Assembly: GCA_963764165.1 (NCBI GenBank)
Contig: CAVXRD010000002.1
Location: forward strand, 3,264,001-3,328,000
Length of the DNA stretch: 64,000 nucleotides
Direction: 5' to 3'
From: an uncultured Verrucomicrobiae bacterium
GTDB taxonomy: Bacteria > Verrucomicrobiota > Verrucomicrobiia > Limisphaerales > Palsa-1400
In this document: positions 39,310-49,714 of the stretch, piece after piece
How the letters are laid out: every line of letters starts with the position of its first letter
Position numbering within the stretch: position 1 is the first letter of the stretch
Translations under genes and position numbers: made by a program
Notes under the pieces: generated by a model
What the model was told of the DNA's origin: nothing
Seen by the model: only the letters and a program-made list of their open reading frames with translations
Database searches by the model: none

Positions 39310-41526
39310 ATGAACGCAGCCAGCCCAACCCTAGAACCCGATCTCGGCCAGAGCCGCGGCGACGTGGAGACGTTTCGCTATGATAACACCATTGTAAGGG
39401 CATTCGCAATATGCACCGTTATTTGGGGCATTGTCGGAATGACGGCTGGATTGCTCTGCGCCGTCCAGCTTTTTTTCCCAAACGCGAATCTGAACCTGCC
39501 GTTCGTGACCTTTGGCCGGCTGCGGCCCGTCCACACGAACGCGGTGATCTTCGCGTTTGTGGGCAACGGCATGTTCATGGGCATCTACTATTCACTGCAG
39601 CGCCTGTGCAAGGCGCGGATGTTCAGTGACAAGTTGAGCTGGTTGCATTTCTGGGGGTGGAATGCCATCATTGTGGCGGCGGCCATCACGCTGCCGCTCG
39701 GCTTCACCACCAGCAAGGAATACGCGGAATTGGAGTGGCCCATCAAAATCGCCATCGCAGTGGTCTGGGTGGCGTTCACCATCAACTTGCTTGGCACGAT
39801 CATCAAGCGCCGTGAAAAACATCTTTATGTCGCGATCTGGTTTTACATCGCCACGGCCTTGACGGTCGCCGTCCTGCACATTGTCAACGGGCTGGAAGTT
39901 CCCGTCACGATGTGGAAGGGCTATTCGATTTACGCCGGCGTGCAAGACGCGCTGGTGCAATGGTGGTACGGCCATAACGCGGTGGCCTTCTTCTTGACAA
40001 CGCCCTACCTCGGCATGATGTATTACTATCTGCCGAAGGCGGCCAATCGCCCGATTTTTTCCTATCGCCTTTCGATCATTCACTTTTGGGCGCTGATTTT
40101 CATCTACATCTGGGCGGGGCCGCACCATTTGCTTTACACCGCGCTGCCGGATTGGGCGCAATCGCTTGGCATGGTGTTTTCGATCATGCTGATCGCGCCG
40201 TCCTGGGGCGGCATGTTGAACGGCTTGCTGACCCTGCGCGGCGCGTGGGACAAGGTTCGCCAGGATCCCGTTTTGAAATTCATGGTGGCGGCGGTGACGG
40301 CTTACGGCATGGCGACTCTGGAAGGCCCGGCGCTGGCGATCAAGACCGTCAATTCGCTTTCGCACTATACGGATTGGACGATTGCCCACGTTCACACCGG
40401 CGCCCTTGGCTGGAACGGCATGCTGACGTTCAGCGTTTTGTATTGGCTCTACCCGCGCATGTACAACACGAAACTTTGGTCGGCGAAATTGGCCAATTAC
40501 CACTTCTGGCTCGCGCTGGTCGGCATGATGTTCTACGTGGTGCCAATGTATATCGCCGGCATCACCGAGGGCATGATGTGGAAGCAATTCACCAAGGAAG
40601 GTTTCCTGCAATATCCGAATTTCCTCGAAACCGTGCAGCAAGTCCTGCCGTTCTACCGCATGCGTTCGGTGGGCGGAACGCTGTATATCCTTGGCGTCTG
40701 GCTGATGGCATATAATTTGTGGAAGACGGCGCGCGCCGGAAAATTCGCGCCGGAGGAGGAAGTGCAGGCGGTTTCGTTTCGCACTCAGTTGGCGCAGCAT
40801 GCTGAGCCGGCGTTCACCCACCGCTGGCTCGAATCCAAGCCGATGCTCCTCACCGTTTGCGCGCTGGTGGCGGTGCTCATCGGCGGCATGATCGAAATTA
40901 TCCCGATGATCGTGGTGAAGGAAAACGTTCCGACGATCTCAAGCGTCAAACCATACTCGCCGCTGGAGTTGCTCGGCCGTGACATTTACATTCGCGAGGG
41001 CTGCCTGGCCTGCCATTCGCAAATGGTGCGTCCGTTCCGCTCGGAAACGGAACGCTATGGTGAATACTCGAAGGCCGGCGAATTCGTTTACGATCATCCG
41101 TTCCTCTGGGGTTCGAAACGCATCGGGCCGGATTTGCATCGCGTCGGCGGCAAGTATCCGAACGCCTGGCATTACAATCACATGGATGATCCGCGCTCCG
41201 TTTCGCCGGGTTCGATCATGCCTCGTTATCCATGGCTGCTTTCGCAGGAATTAGACACGACATCCCTGTCGGCTCGCATCAGCGCGTTGCGCCGCGTCGG
41301 CGTGCCTTATCCCGCCGGCTATGAAAATACGGCGCTTGGCGACTTGAACAAACAGGCCGACAAAGTGGTGGCCGATCTCAAGAGCGGCCAGGTCACAGCC
41401 AAGCCGGATCGCGAAATCATCGCGGTGATCGCCTACCTGCAGCGCCTCGGCACGGACATCAAAGCGGCTCCGAAACAAACCGCCAGCGCGAGCGCCGCCA
41501 CAACTCCGCTGCGCGCGGGCAATTGA
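39310..41526 (+). CDS. ccoN: cbb3-type cytochrome c oxidase, fused subunits I/II (CcoN-CcoO)
   Basis: FGRLRPVHTN, QWWYGHN, WAGPHH, AHVH; then YIREGCLACHSQMVRP and WGSKRIGPDL. Confidence 0.96.
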   Translation: MNAASPTLEPDLGQSRGDVETFRYDNTIVRAFAICTVIWGIVGMTAGLLCAVQLFFPNANLNLPFVTFGRLRPVHTNAVIFAFVGNGMFMGIYYSLQRLCKARMFSDKLSWLHFWGWNAIIVAAAITLPLGFTTSKEYAELEWPIKIAIAVVWVAFTINLLGTIIKRREKHLYVAIWFYIATALTVAVLHIVNGLEVPVTMWKGYSIYAGVQDALVQWWYGHNAVAFFLTTPYLGMMYYYLPKAANRPIFSYRLSIIHFWALIFIYIWAGPHHLLYTALPDWAQSLGMVFSIMLIAPSWGGMLNGLLTLRGAWDKVRQDPVLKFMVAAVTAYGMATLEGPALAIKTVNSLSHYTDWTIAHVHTGALGWNGMLTFSVLYWLYPRMYNTKLWSAKLANYHFWLALVGMMFYVVPMYIAGITEGMMWKQFTKEGFLQYPNFLETVQQVLPFYRMRSVGGTLYILGVWLMAYNLWKTARAGKFAPEEEVQAVSFRTQLAQHAEPAFTHRWLESKPMLLTVCALVAVLIGGMIEIIPMIVVKENVPTISSVKPYSPLELLGRDIYIREGCLACHSQMVRPFRSETERYGEYSKAGEFVYDHPFLWGSKRIGPDLHRVGGKYPNAWHYNHMDDPRSVSPGSIMPRYPWLLSQELDTTSLSARISALRRVGVPYPAGYENTALGDLNKQADKVVADLKSGQVTAKPDREIIAVIAYLQRLGTDIKAAPKQTASASAATTPLRAGN

Positions 41527-41533
41527 GGGGTTT

Positions 41534-41734
41534 ATGATGCAACTAATCGAGAAAATGGGCGGCATCCGGACCTTTGGCATTCTTTCGATCTGCCTTTTCG
41601 TCACGGTTTTCACCGCGGCCATGGCGCTCGCGTTTTGTGTCAAGAAACAGTTCCTGAGCCAGATGAGCGCGCTGCCTTTGGAGGATGAAGAGCGCGAGCG
41701 CCGGGACAACCCATCCAATAAATCCGAGTTATGA
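41534..41734 (+). CDS. CcoQ-like small subunit
   Basis: Single TM with an 'MS.LPLE' motif; lies between ccoNO and ccoP. Confidence 0.75.
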   Translation: MMQLIEKMGGIRTFGILSICLFVTVFTAAMALAFCVKKQFLSQMSALPLEDEERERRDNPSNKSEL

Positions 41735-42324
41735 AAGAACCGTACGATCCATTCAAAGATCCCCTGTTGATGGACCACGAAGCCGACGGCATTCGCGAGT
41801 TGGACAATAATTTGCCGCGCTGGTGGGTCTGGCTGTTCAACCTCTGCATTCTCTTTGCCATTGGTTACCTGCTCTACTACCACGTTTTCCATGCGGGCAA
41901 TCTGCAGGCGGCCCAATATGCCGAGGAGAGCAAGATTGGCGATGCAGTCAAACAAAAGGCGCTGAAGGAGTTTGAGGATTCGCTTCCAAACCTCGTGCCC
42001 TCCAAGGAAACCGCGATTATCGAGCACGGCCACGGCATCTTCCTGAAGAATTGCGCCCCGTGCCACCGCCCGGACGGCGGCGGACTGGTTGGCCCCAACC
42101 TTTGCGACGATTACTGGATTCACGGCTCCAATTTTGTTGACAACCTTCACACCATCGTCAACGGCGTTCCCGCCAAGGGGATGCTGACCTGGCGCGGCGT
42201 GCTCAAGCCCAATGAAATTTATTCGGTGGCCAGCTATATTTACACGCTGCGCGGCACGCATCCGATCAATCCAAAACCGCCGGAAAATCAAAATCAGCCT
42301 GCCGCGCCGAACGCGTTCGAGTGA
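41731..42324 (+). CDS. ccoP: cbb3 oxidase subunit III (mono-haem)
   Basis: HEADGIRELDNNLPRWW, CAPCH, GPNL.D.YWIHG. Confidence 0.93.
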   Translation: MKEPYDPFKDPLLMDHEADGIRELDNNLPRWWVWLFNLCILFAIGYLLYYHVFHAGNLQAAQYAEESKIGDAVKQKALKEFEDSLPNLVPSKETAIIEHGHGIFLKNCAPCHRPDGGGLVGPNLCDDYWIHGSNFVDNLHTIVNGVPAKGMLTWRGVLKPNEIYSVASYIYTLRGTHPINPKPPENQNQPAAPNAFE

Positions 42325-43770
42325 GTGAGCCAACTGCTGATGAATTCCGCCTCGCCCATTTTCAAGCCGGAGACCCCCGATTTTCGGGATCACCTGGCGA
42401 CAGCGGACGACACGGGGCGGCGGAAATGGGTTTACCCGCGCCAGCCGGAAGGGCGGTTCTACGAACGCCGCAAATATGCAAGCTGGGCGCTGCTGGGAAT
42501 TCTCTTTCTGGCGCCATTCATCAAAATCAATGGCAACCCGATGCTGATGATCAACGTGGTCACGCGCCGCTTTTCGATATTGGGCCACATTTTCTGGCCG
42601 CAGGACATGGTGCTGGTGGCCGTCTCGCTGCTGCTTTTCTTCACCGGCATCATGATATTCACCGCCGCTTACGGGCGGCTCTGGTGCGGCTGGGTTTGCC
42701 CGCAAACGCTGTTCATGGAAATGGTTTTTCGGCGGCTTGAGTACGCCATTGAAGGCGATGCCCGCTCCCAGCGCGCTCTCGGCTCCGCGCCGTGGACGCA
42801 GCGGAAGATCGGCATCAAAGTGTTCAAGCACGCGGTTTTTTTCGCCCTTTCCTTTGCCATCTCGAATCTCTTGCTAAGCTATATCATCGGAGTTGATCAG
42901 CTCTTTGCCATCGTCGCAGACGCTCCATCGCGGCATTTGAGCGGGCTGGCCTACTTGCTTGTGTTTGCCGGGGTATTCTATCTGGTTTTCGCGCGGTTTC
43001 GCGAGCAGGCCTGCACCTTCATTTGTCCTTACGGCCGATTCCAATCGACGGTCATTGATGAAAACACCATCGTCGTCGCCTACGATCACAAACGCGGAGA
43101 AGGCCGCGCCCGGCAGCAAAGCGGCCAGACTGAAACGGAGCGGCGCGGCGCGGGGCATGGCGACTGCATCGATTGCGGCATCTGCGTCCAAGTCTGCCCG
43201 ACCGGCATCGATATCCGCAACGGCATCCAAATGGAATGTGTCAACTGCACGGCGTGCATTGATGCCTGCGATTCCGTGATGGACAAGACGTTCCGCGAGC
43301 GGGGATTGATCCGGTATGCCTCGGTGAACGGAATCGAGCGCGGTGAACGGTTCCGCTGGACCCCGCGCATGTCCGCCTACGCGGGAATTCTGACCGTGCT
43401 GATCAGCCTGTTCCTGTTCCTCATTCTGATGCGCTCCAATGTCGAAGCCACGCTTTTGCGCGCGCCGGGCGCGATGTTCCAGCAATTGCCCAGCGGCAAT
43501 CTCATCAATCTCTACACCGTCCAGCTTGTCAATAAAACATCCAAGCCGCTTCCGGTGCAATTGAAGCTGGAGGATGTGCCCGGCAAGCTATCGATCATGG
43601 GCGACCCGAATCCGGTCGTGCCCGGCGAGCAGCTCGCGGAAACTTCCATATTGATCGAACTCGCGCCGGAATTGCTGCGGGACGGGCCGAAGCGATTTGA
43701 TGTGGGCGTTTATTCCGAAGGCAAGAAAATCCAGACTGTCCACACAACGTTCATTGGCCCGCGCAATTGA
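42325..43770 (+). CDS. ccoG: cbb3 accessory 4Fe-4S protein
   Basis: GRLWCGWVCPQT, CPYGRFQ, CIDCGICVQVCPTGIDIR, CVNCTACIDAC. Confidence 0.95.
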   Translation: MSQLLMNSASPIFKPETPDFRDHLATADDTGRRKWVYPRQPEGRFYERRKYASWALLGILFLAPFIKINGNPMLMINVVTRRFSILGHIFWPQDMVLVAVSLLLFFTGIMIFTAAYGRLWCGWVCPQTLFMEMVFRRLEYAIEGDARSQRALGSAPWTQRKIGIKVFKHAVFFALSFAISNLLLSYIIGVDQLFAIVADAPSRHLSGLAYLLVFAGVFYLVFARFREQACTFICPYGRFQSTVIDENTIVVAYDHKRGEGRARQQSGQTETERRGAGHGDCIDCGICVQVCPTGIDIRNGIQMECVNCTACIDACDSVMDKTFRERGLIRYASVNGIERGERFRWTPRMSAYAGILTVLISLFLFLILMRSNVEATLLRAPGAMFQQLPSGNLINLYTVQLVNKTSKPLPVQLKLEDVPGKLSIMGDPNPVVPGEQLAETSILIELAPELLRDGPKRFDVGVYSEGKKIQTVHTTFIGPRN

Positions 43771-43782
43771 GCATTTCGAGTT

Positions 43783-44263
43783 ATGAGAATTTTTCCAAAA
43801 GTCAAAAACTGGTGGCCGGCTGGCCTCGTGATATTTTTCATTTTGTTCGGCGGATACATTGCCGGTTTTGTCATCTTCGCCAGCAGCCAGAGAATGGATT
43901 TGGTGCGCGAGGATTATTATGACCAGGAGATTCGTTTCCAAAAGCAAATAGACCGCGTCAACCGCAGCGCGCCCGTTCTTGCGGACGCCTCCATCGTTTA
44001 CAGCCCCGCGGCCGCGCAAATCACCGTGAGCCTGCCATCTGTCAATCAAAGCAATATACTCGGCACGATCACCTTCTACCGCCCGTCCGACGCCGGAATG
44101 GATGCGAGCGTCAAACTTGGATTGAACGCGGCAGGTTCGCAGAGCCTGGGCGTTGGCAATCTCCAAAACGGTTTGTGGAGAGTGCGCGTGCAATGGACGC
44201 AAGGCGGGCAGGAGGTACTTTTTTGAGAAGCCGATCACCATCGGCGCGGTGGCATCATCGTGA
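43783..44263 (+). CDS. ccoH: FixH/CcoH-family protein. An extra G at ~44215 truncates the frame at 44226; the corrected frame ends at 44263
   Basis: DLV..DYY.QE..FQ..ID and FYRPSD; the corrected C-terminus QEYFFEKPITIGAVASS* overlaps the next GTG. Confidence 0.85.
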
Positions 44264-44955
44264 ACCTTGTCGCGGCATTTGTTTTGGGGCTGGCCGGCAG
44301 TCTGCACTGCGCGGTGATGTGCGGCCCGCTTCTGCTCGCCGTCCAATCCGCCAGGAAAACCAGCCACCAATCCACCCACCACCTCGCCTACCATTCCGGA
44401 CGCCTCGCCATCTACGCGGCGCTGGGGGCGATCTCCGGTTTAATCGGCGCTGCTGTCATTCTGGCAGGATTCCAACGCTGGCTTTCAGTCCTCGCCGGAG
44501 CATTGATCCTGATCGCGCTATTCATCAGCGCCCGCGCAAAATGGACCGGCCTCGCCGGACGCGCTGTGATGGCAGTCAAATCGAAATTTGGCGCGCTCCT
44601 TCAACGTCGCACGATGGGCGCGACATTCCTGCTCGGCGGCTTGAATGGCCTGCTTCCTTGCGGCCTGGTCTACGTCGCCTGCGCCGCCGCGTCCTCTTCG
44701 GGAACCGCGTCGGGCGGCGCGACCTCCATGCTGGCCTTCGGCCTTGGCACACTGCCAGCGCTTGTGTGCGTCACCGCCGCCGGAAAAGTCTTCCGCTGGA
44801 CGAACCCGCCCGGCATGCGCCGCATTGTCGTTGCGTTCGCGGCGATGGCGGCGCTGCTGCTCATCGTCCGCGGCCTCTCGCTGGGAATCCCTTTCGTCAG
44901 CCCCAAATACAGCGCCAGCCGCGGCCCCGCCTGTCCCCTTTGCGAATCGCGCTGA
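44260..44955 (+). CDS. DsbD_2 / TauE-SafE-like membrane protein (cbb3-associated)
   Basis: GSLHCAVMCGP, Y..GR...Y, LNGLLPCGLVY, FGLGTLP. Confidence 0.9.
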   Translation: MNLVAAFVLGLAGSLHCAVMCGPLLLAVQSARKTSHQSTHHLAYHSGRLAIYAALGAISGLIGAAVILAGFQRWLSVLAGALILIALFISARAKWTGLAGRAVMAVKSKFGALLQRRTMGATFLLGGLNGLLPCGLVYVACAAASSSGTASGGATSMLAFGLGTLPALVCVTAAGKVFRWTNPPGMRRIVVAFAAMAALLLIVRGLSLGIPFVSPKYSASRGPACPLCESR

Positions 44956-44966
44956 GACGCTTCCCA

Positions 44967-46271
44967 TTACGGAACAACCGGAAAGGCGGGGGCGATCCAA
45001 TCGTAAGTGGAGCGGGTGGAGCCGTCACGGAACGTGACGCCATGCGGATTGAATCTCATTCGATCGGGCGCGGTTTGCCCGCGGCAATCGATGGACCCGA
45101 TTCCGAAATCGGTGACCGGCCGCACTTCTCCTGGTTCGCAAATTCCATTGCCATTAACGTCCTGCCAGAGACAAATGCCATCCAACTCGGAGCCGCTCAG
45201 GACAAAATCGCCATTATCATCGAGCGACGAAAGGGCCTCGTATCCATCGCGCCAGAATATCCAGAAGGTCACTTGGCCAAACATTTGCAAACCGGACGTG
45301 ATGTGGCGCGAGCCGGTGTGATCGTAAACGAGCCATGCCGCGTTGGTCGTGACCCAGCCCCAGCGGCGCGGCAGCCCGCTGCCGTCAAGGTCGAACTGGA
45401 CGCTGGCGTTGGAATTGACGAGTTCAGAAAATGTTGAATTGGGTTTAAGAGGGACAAGGATTGGTGTCATGGCACGCCCCATCGAATTGAGCGACTTTTC
45501 ATCAGACGAGAGTTGCGCGATTTCTTTGGCATCTTTGACGGGATCCAGAAGTTTCTTCAAATAGCCGATGATTTCCTCGGAAAAACAAATCCCCGGTCCG
45601 AGGGAAGCCTTCGGACGCGTAAACGGATTACTTTTGCCACGCAACCGATACCATGACCACGAGATCTGCTCTTGGAGGGTGATATCGGGATCAACCTCTG
45701 CCTTCCACGCCAATTGCAGCGCCCGCCGGTAGGCTACGATTGCCTCCTGTTTCCTCCCGGCTTGATCAAGCGTCCAGGCAAGGCCAGCGTGAATCGGCAA
45801 TGAAGTCCAGCGATCTTTCTCAGAACTCTCGGAAACGGCTTTGGATGCCATTTGAAAAAAGGAGATGGCATTGCTCAGGTGCTGGAGTGCGTTTGTTTGG
45901 TCTGAGGGAGAGCGTTTTGAAAAGTACTCGCGCGGATCTCCTATTTTGCGCCAATCGGGGTAGCGGCTTTTCTTGGAAAACAATTCGATGGTGGCTGGCG
46001 TCCCGCCATCGGAACCGTAGCCATAATAGGGAGTGTGCAAGCGCTTATCCCAAGGAATTTCAGTCAAGTTGGTGGCATAAGCCATGGAATGGACACGGGC
46101 GAGCGCATACAGCCAAGCGGGATTTGAAGGTTCATTCCTGTGGAATCGTTCGAGATTCGCCAAAGCCCGCCCAATGGGCACCGCTTCGAGATCCGGCCTC
46201 ATAAACATGGCCTTCGCGCCATTGGCGGCCACGCAAAGAAAAATGAGCACCCAGCCCCGCAGCGATCTCAT
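44967..46271 (-). CDS. Secreted protein with a TPR-like N-terminus and a C-terminal Dx[DN]xDG Ca-binding-like domain
   Basis: Signal peptide; TPILV, FDLDGSG, LDDNGD, LWQDVNGNG. Confidence 0.75.
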   Translation of the reverse strand: MRSLRGWVLIFLCVAANGAKAMFMRPDLEAVPIGRALANLERFHRNEPSNPAWLYALARVHSMAYATNLTEIPWDKRLHTPYYGYGSDGGTPATIELFSKKSRYPDWRKIGDPREYFSKRSPSDQTNALQHLSNAISFFQMASKAVSESSEKDRWTSLPIHAGLAWTLDQAGRKQEAIVAYRRALQLAWKAEVDPDITLQEQISWSWYRLRGKSNPFTRPKASLGPGICFSEEIIGYLKKLLDPVKDAKEIAQLSSDEKSLNSMGRAMTPILVPLKPNSTFSELVNSNASVQFDLDGSGLPRRWGWVTTNAAWLVYDHTGSRHITSGLQMFGQVTFWIFWRDGYEALSSLDDNGDFVLSGSELDGICLWQDVNGNGICEPGEVRPVTDFGIGSIDCRGQTAPDRMRFNPHGVTFRDGSTRSTYDWIAPAFPVVP

Positions 46272-46370
46272 GGGAACGGACTTAAACAAATCGAAGACCG
46301 CATGCCAATTCTAAAAAAACTGGATTATGACCGGCTGCGCCAGCTGCTGCTAACTGCATCAAGCAAAGAA

Positions 46371-46446
46371 TGGGGTGGCCAACGGGACTCGAACCCGCAA
46401 CAACAAGCTCCACAAGCTTGGACTCTACCATTGAGCTATGGCCACC
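46371..46446 (-). tRNA. tRNA-His (GTG)
   Basis: G-1 plus GTGGCCA stem, TTGTGGA anticodon loop, GGTTCGAGTCC, encoded CCA. Confidence 0.97.
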
Positions 46447-46570
46447 AGACCGATGATCACTTTAATTTCCAGATACCCTCCAGTCAAGCCGCGACATCAG
46501 CCCCGAGGCGAGGCGTCCCTGCCTTTAATGCGACGTAAAACTTTGAACATCGCGCACTCTCCATTAAGTT

Positions 46571-49060
46571 ATGGCCATGTCGTCGATGGCCGATCAGTTG
46601 GACAATCTCGCTTCGCTCCAGCGGGTCGCCATTCCCGACCTCTGGCAGCAGCAGGCCGTCGCCGCGCTGCGCGACGGCAGCGACGTGGTCGTTCACGCGC
46701 CAACCGGCTCGGGCAAGACGCTCATCTTCGAATTGTGGTCCAACCAGGGACGGAATCGTGGCCAGGCGATTTACACTGTTCCCACTCGCGCGCTGGCCAA
46801 CGACAAACTGGCCGAGTGGCGCGCGCGCGGCTGGGATGTCGGCATTGCCACTGGCGATTTGTCGGAAAACCTCTCCGCGCCCGTCATCGTGGCGACGCTT
46901 GAGACGCAAAAAAATCGCCTGATTCAAGGCGATGGCCCGGCGCTGCTGGTTGTCGACGAATATCAAATGCTGGGCGATGTGGATCGCGGCTTGAATTACG
47001 AACTGGCTCTCGCGCTGGCGCCGCCGAAAACGCAATTGCTGCTCTTGAGCGGCAGCGTCGCCAATCCGCAAAACGTGGTGCAATGGCTGCAGCGGCTCGG
47101 ACGCAAAGCGACTCTGATCCGCCATGATCTTCGCCCGGTGCCGCTGGAGGAAGTTCACGCCAACAATTTAAATTATCATGTTCCCTCGGAAATTCGCGGT
47201 TACTGGCCGCGCCTTGTGGCCAAGGCGCTGGCGGAGGATTTGGGGCCGATCCTCATTTTCGCGCCACGACGCCAGGCCGCTGAATCAATGGCTTCCGAAT
47301 TGGCGCGAACGCTTCCGACTCCAAATCCGCTGAGCCTCAGCGCCGAACAAAAAGCGCTCGCGGGCGATAATCTCGCGCGAATGCTCAAGGCGCGCGTCTG
47401 CTATCACCACAGCGGGTTGAGCTACGCGGCGCGCGCGGGCGTGGTGGAACCGCTGGCCAAGGCGGGGCAATTGCGGGTGGTGGTTGCCACGATGGGATTG
47501 GCCGCCGGCATTAATTTTTCGCTCCGCAGCGTGGCGGTGGCGGCCGATTCCTATCGCCGCGACAACGTGGAGCATATGTTGCGGGCGGATGAAATTCTGC
47601 AAATGTTCGGACGAGCGGGTCGGCGCGGGCTGGACGAAACCGGTTTTATTCTGATCTCAGCCAACGAACTTCGTTTGCTTGACGCTCGTCCGGGCCATTT
47701 GTCGCGCGGCGGATCCGTTGATTGGAACGCGCTGCTTGGCTTGATGGACGCGGCGGCGGCGCGCGGACTGGAACCGTTTCAAGAAGCGGTGCGCGTGCAG
47801 GAGCGTTTGTTCACGACCAAGCCCATTGCGCTCGGCATCGAGGAATCTGTCAAACATCCAGTGACGCCGTGCGGCTTGAAGACAGACGCCGAACGCGCCC
47901 GCCATGTCCGCACTCAGGTCCGCCAAATGCTCAACAGCCGCGGCGAATGGGAAAATTTTCCGCCCGCGAGCGAACGCCCGGCCCGCGACGTCGTCGTGAC
48001 GGAGAGCGCGGAAACTTTGAAATGCCACAGTGTTCTTTCGGAACCGGCGGCGATGGACAAGCCAAGCCTCGGCCGGCTCTGTGTGTTGCAGGATGACGAG
48101 CGCGGAAAAGTTTACGGACGCGCCACGACGGTCGCCGATTTGCTCAACGACAATCGCGTGCTGCTGCACAAATGGGTGCGCCGCCTCGTCAATTGGAACG
48201 GGCGCCAGGTGCCGCGGGAAGTTTGGGACCTGGAAATTGTTCCGTTGCTCAACGGGAAATTCGCCGCGCAGAAAACGCCTGTCGTGCGGATGTTGCAGGA
48301 GGAGCAACACATCGTCGCCCATCTCAGCCTCAATGAAACGCCGGTCAGATGTTTTATTGACAGTCATGGCGTGGCGTTTTGGAAACAGATCGAACGGGAA
48401 GTGATGCCGCCCGATTGCGCTCGCTGCGAGCTTGTTCCCGTGTGCCAAAGCCTTCCCACCAGCACCGGCGTGGCATTGCTCTGGCGGCGGCTGGGTTTGG
48501 TTGACACAGCGGGCGTGCCAACACGGCGAGGAAAAATCGCGAGCTATTTTTCACAAGGAGACGGTCTGGCCATCGCCGCCGCTTTGGAGGACGAGTCGTA
48601 TCCCATCAGCGAACTCATCTATGACCTCGCCAATCTCGACGCCAGTTTTCGCTTCGCTGGCGAGGACAGCCGCTGGGCCGGGCGGTTGGCGACTGCGTCT
48701 CGCAAAGTTTATGGCTTGCAGAGTGTTGCCGGCTATCTCGATGCGGGCATTCCGCCCAGGTACGGTTCCGGCGCGGAACAGGTGGTGGCCGCCGTCCACA
48801 AAGATCCGCTGAGCAAGCACGGGTGGACGAATGAGATTTTGGGGGCAGGGGACATTGACCGCGTCATTATCGAATGGCGCAGCCTGCTGCGGCAAACGGC
48901 GCATGCGCCGGAACTGGACTGGTCGCGCTGGCGTCAACTACAGGAAGCGGCGAAGGGAATTTTGCAGGAAACGGAATCGCCGACGATCACGACCCTGCCG
49001 CCGTTGGAATATCACCAGACGAAGCGGGTAAGCCACCGGCTTATACTCCGGCGGCATTGA
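46571..49060 (+). CDS. Ski2/HelY-like SF2 helicase
   Basis: APTGSGKT, PTRALAN, DEYQ, LSGS, HHSG, GIN, QMFGRAGRRG. Confidence 0.9.
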   Translation: MAMSSMADQLDNLASLQRVAIPDLWQQQAVAALRDGSDVVVHAPTGSGKTLIFELWSNQGRNRGQAIYTVPTRALANDKLAEWRARGWDVGIATGDLSENLSAPVIVATLETQKNRLIQGDGPALLVVDEYQMLGDVDRGLNYELALALAPPKTQLLLLSGSVANPQNVVQWLQRLGRKATLIRHDLRPVPLEEVHANNLNYHVPSEIRGYWPRLVAKALAEDLGPILIFAPRRQAAESMASELARTLPTPNPLSLSAEQKALAGDNLARMLKARVCYHHSGLSYAARAGVVEPLAKAGQLRVVVATMGLAAGINFSLRSVAVAADSYRRDNVEHMLRADEILQMFGRAGRRGLDETGFILISANELRLLDARPGHLSRGGSVDWNALLGLMDAAAARGLEPFQEAVRVQERLFTTKPIALGIEESVKHPVTPCGLKTDAERARHVRTQVRQMLNSRGEWENFPPASERPARDVVVTESAETLKCHSVLSEPAAMDKPSLGRLCVLQDDERGKVYGRATTVADLLNDNRVLLHKWVRRLVNWNGRQVPREVWDLEIVPLLNGKFAAQKTPVVRMLQEEQHIVAHLSLNETPVRCFIDSHGVAFWKQIEREVMPPDCARCELVPVCQSLPTSTGVALLWRRLGLVDTAGVPTRRGKIASYFSQGDGLAIAAALEDESYPISELIYDLANLDASFRFAGEDSRWAGRLATASRKVYGLQSVAGYLDAGIPPRYGSGAEQVVAAVHKDPLSKHGWTNEILGAGDIDRVIIEWRSLLRQTAHAPELDWSRWRQLQEAAKGILQETESPTITTLPPLEYHQTKRVSHRLILRRH

Positions 49061-49081
49061 TCGCGGCGGGTGGGACGGAAA

Positions 49082-49513
49082 TTACTTGGCGCCCTGGTCG
49101 ATCCATGCGCGGATCAAACCTATTTGCTCCGGCGTAAGCGGCGCGATGTTGCCCTTGTTCTTGGGCGGCGGCATGTAATCGTCCGCGTCGCCCTGGTGCG
49201 AAACCATGATGACGACGTCGCTCTTCCCGCTGTTGCCGACAATGACGCATGGGCCATCTTCTCCGCCTTTCAAAACCGCTTCCAAACTGTCGGCGCGAAA
49301 TTTTCCCTTCGGCTTTTGCGTTTTGGGGCCGTGGCAGGGGTAGCAGGACTTGGCGAAAATGGGTTGAATATCGTTCGTGTAGGTCACGCCCTGCTTGGTG
49401 GAAGCAGGAGGAAGCAATTTCGGATCGACGGCTGTTTTGTCTCCGGCGAACGCGACCATGGCGATCAGCGAGCAACCGGCAGCGGCACAGAAAATCAATG
49501 ATTTCGACAACAT
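49082..49513 (-). CDS. Planctomycete-type cytochrome c domain protein
   Basis: Signal peptide, DIQPIF..SCYPCHG, MPP, LI..WI.QGA. Confidence 0.88.
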   Translation of the reverse strand: MLSKSLIFCAAAGCSLIAMVAFAGDKTAVDPKLLPPASTKQGVTYTNDIQPIFAKSCYPCHGPKTQKPKGKFRADSLEAVLKGGEDGPCVIVGNSGKSDVVIMVSHQGDADDYMPPPKNKGNIAPLTPEQIGLIRAWIDQGAK

Positions 49514-49571
49514 GGACCTGAGTTAAACCAGAGAATTCGCGCCGCGTAAAGTTTATTTGAGAGCCGGAACT

Positions 49572-49647
49572 TTCACAGAAGATAACGAAGCGAACGAAGA
49601 AGTCCGTATTCCCATCCTCTTCGTTGCCTTCGTGTTCTTCTGTTGAA
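49572..49647. repeat. REP-like inverted repeat
   Basis: TTCACAGAAGATAACGAAGCGAACGAAGA ... TCTTCGTTGCCTTCGTGTTCTTCTGTTGAA. Confidence 0.55.
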
Positions 49648-49714
49648 TTTTCACAGCCGCCGTACGCCGTTCGACGTAATGACGGCATGCCGCGCACTCG
49701 CTAGAGTCGGCACC

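Noticed and set aside
44175..45437. 420-aa plus-strand ORF
   Set aside because: It overlaps the DsbD_2 gene and the antisense of the next gene; only its first codons are the displaced ccoH C-terminus.
44967..46446. Island integrated at tRNA-His
   Set aside because: No duplicated tRNA 3' end or integrase was found nearby.
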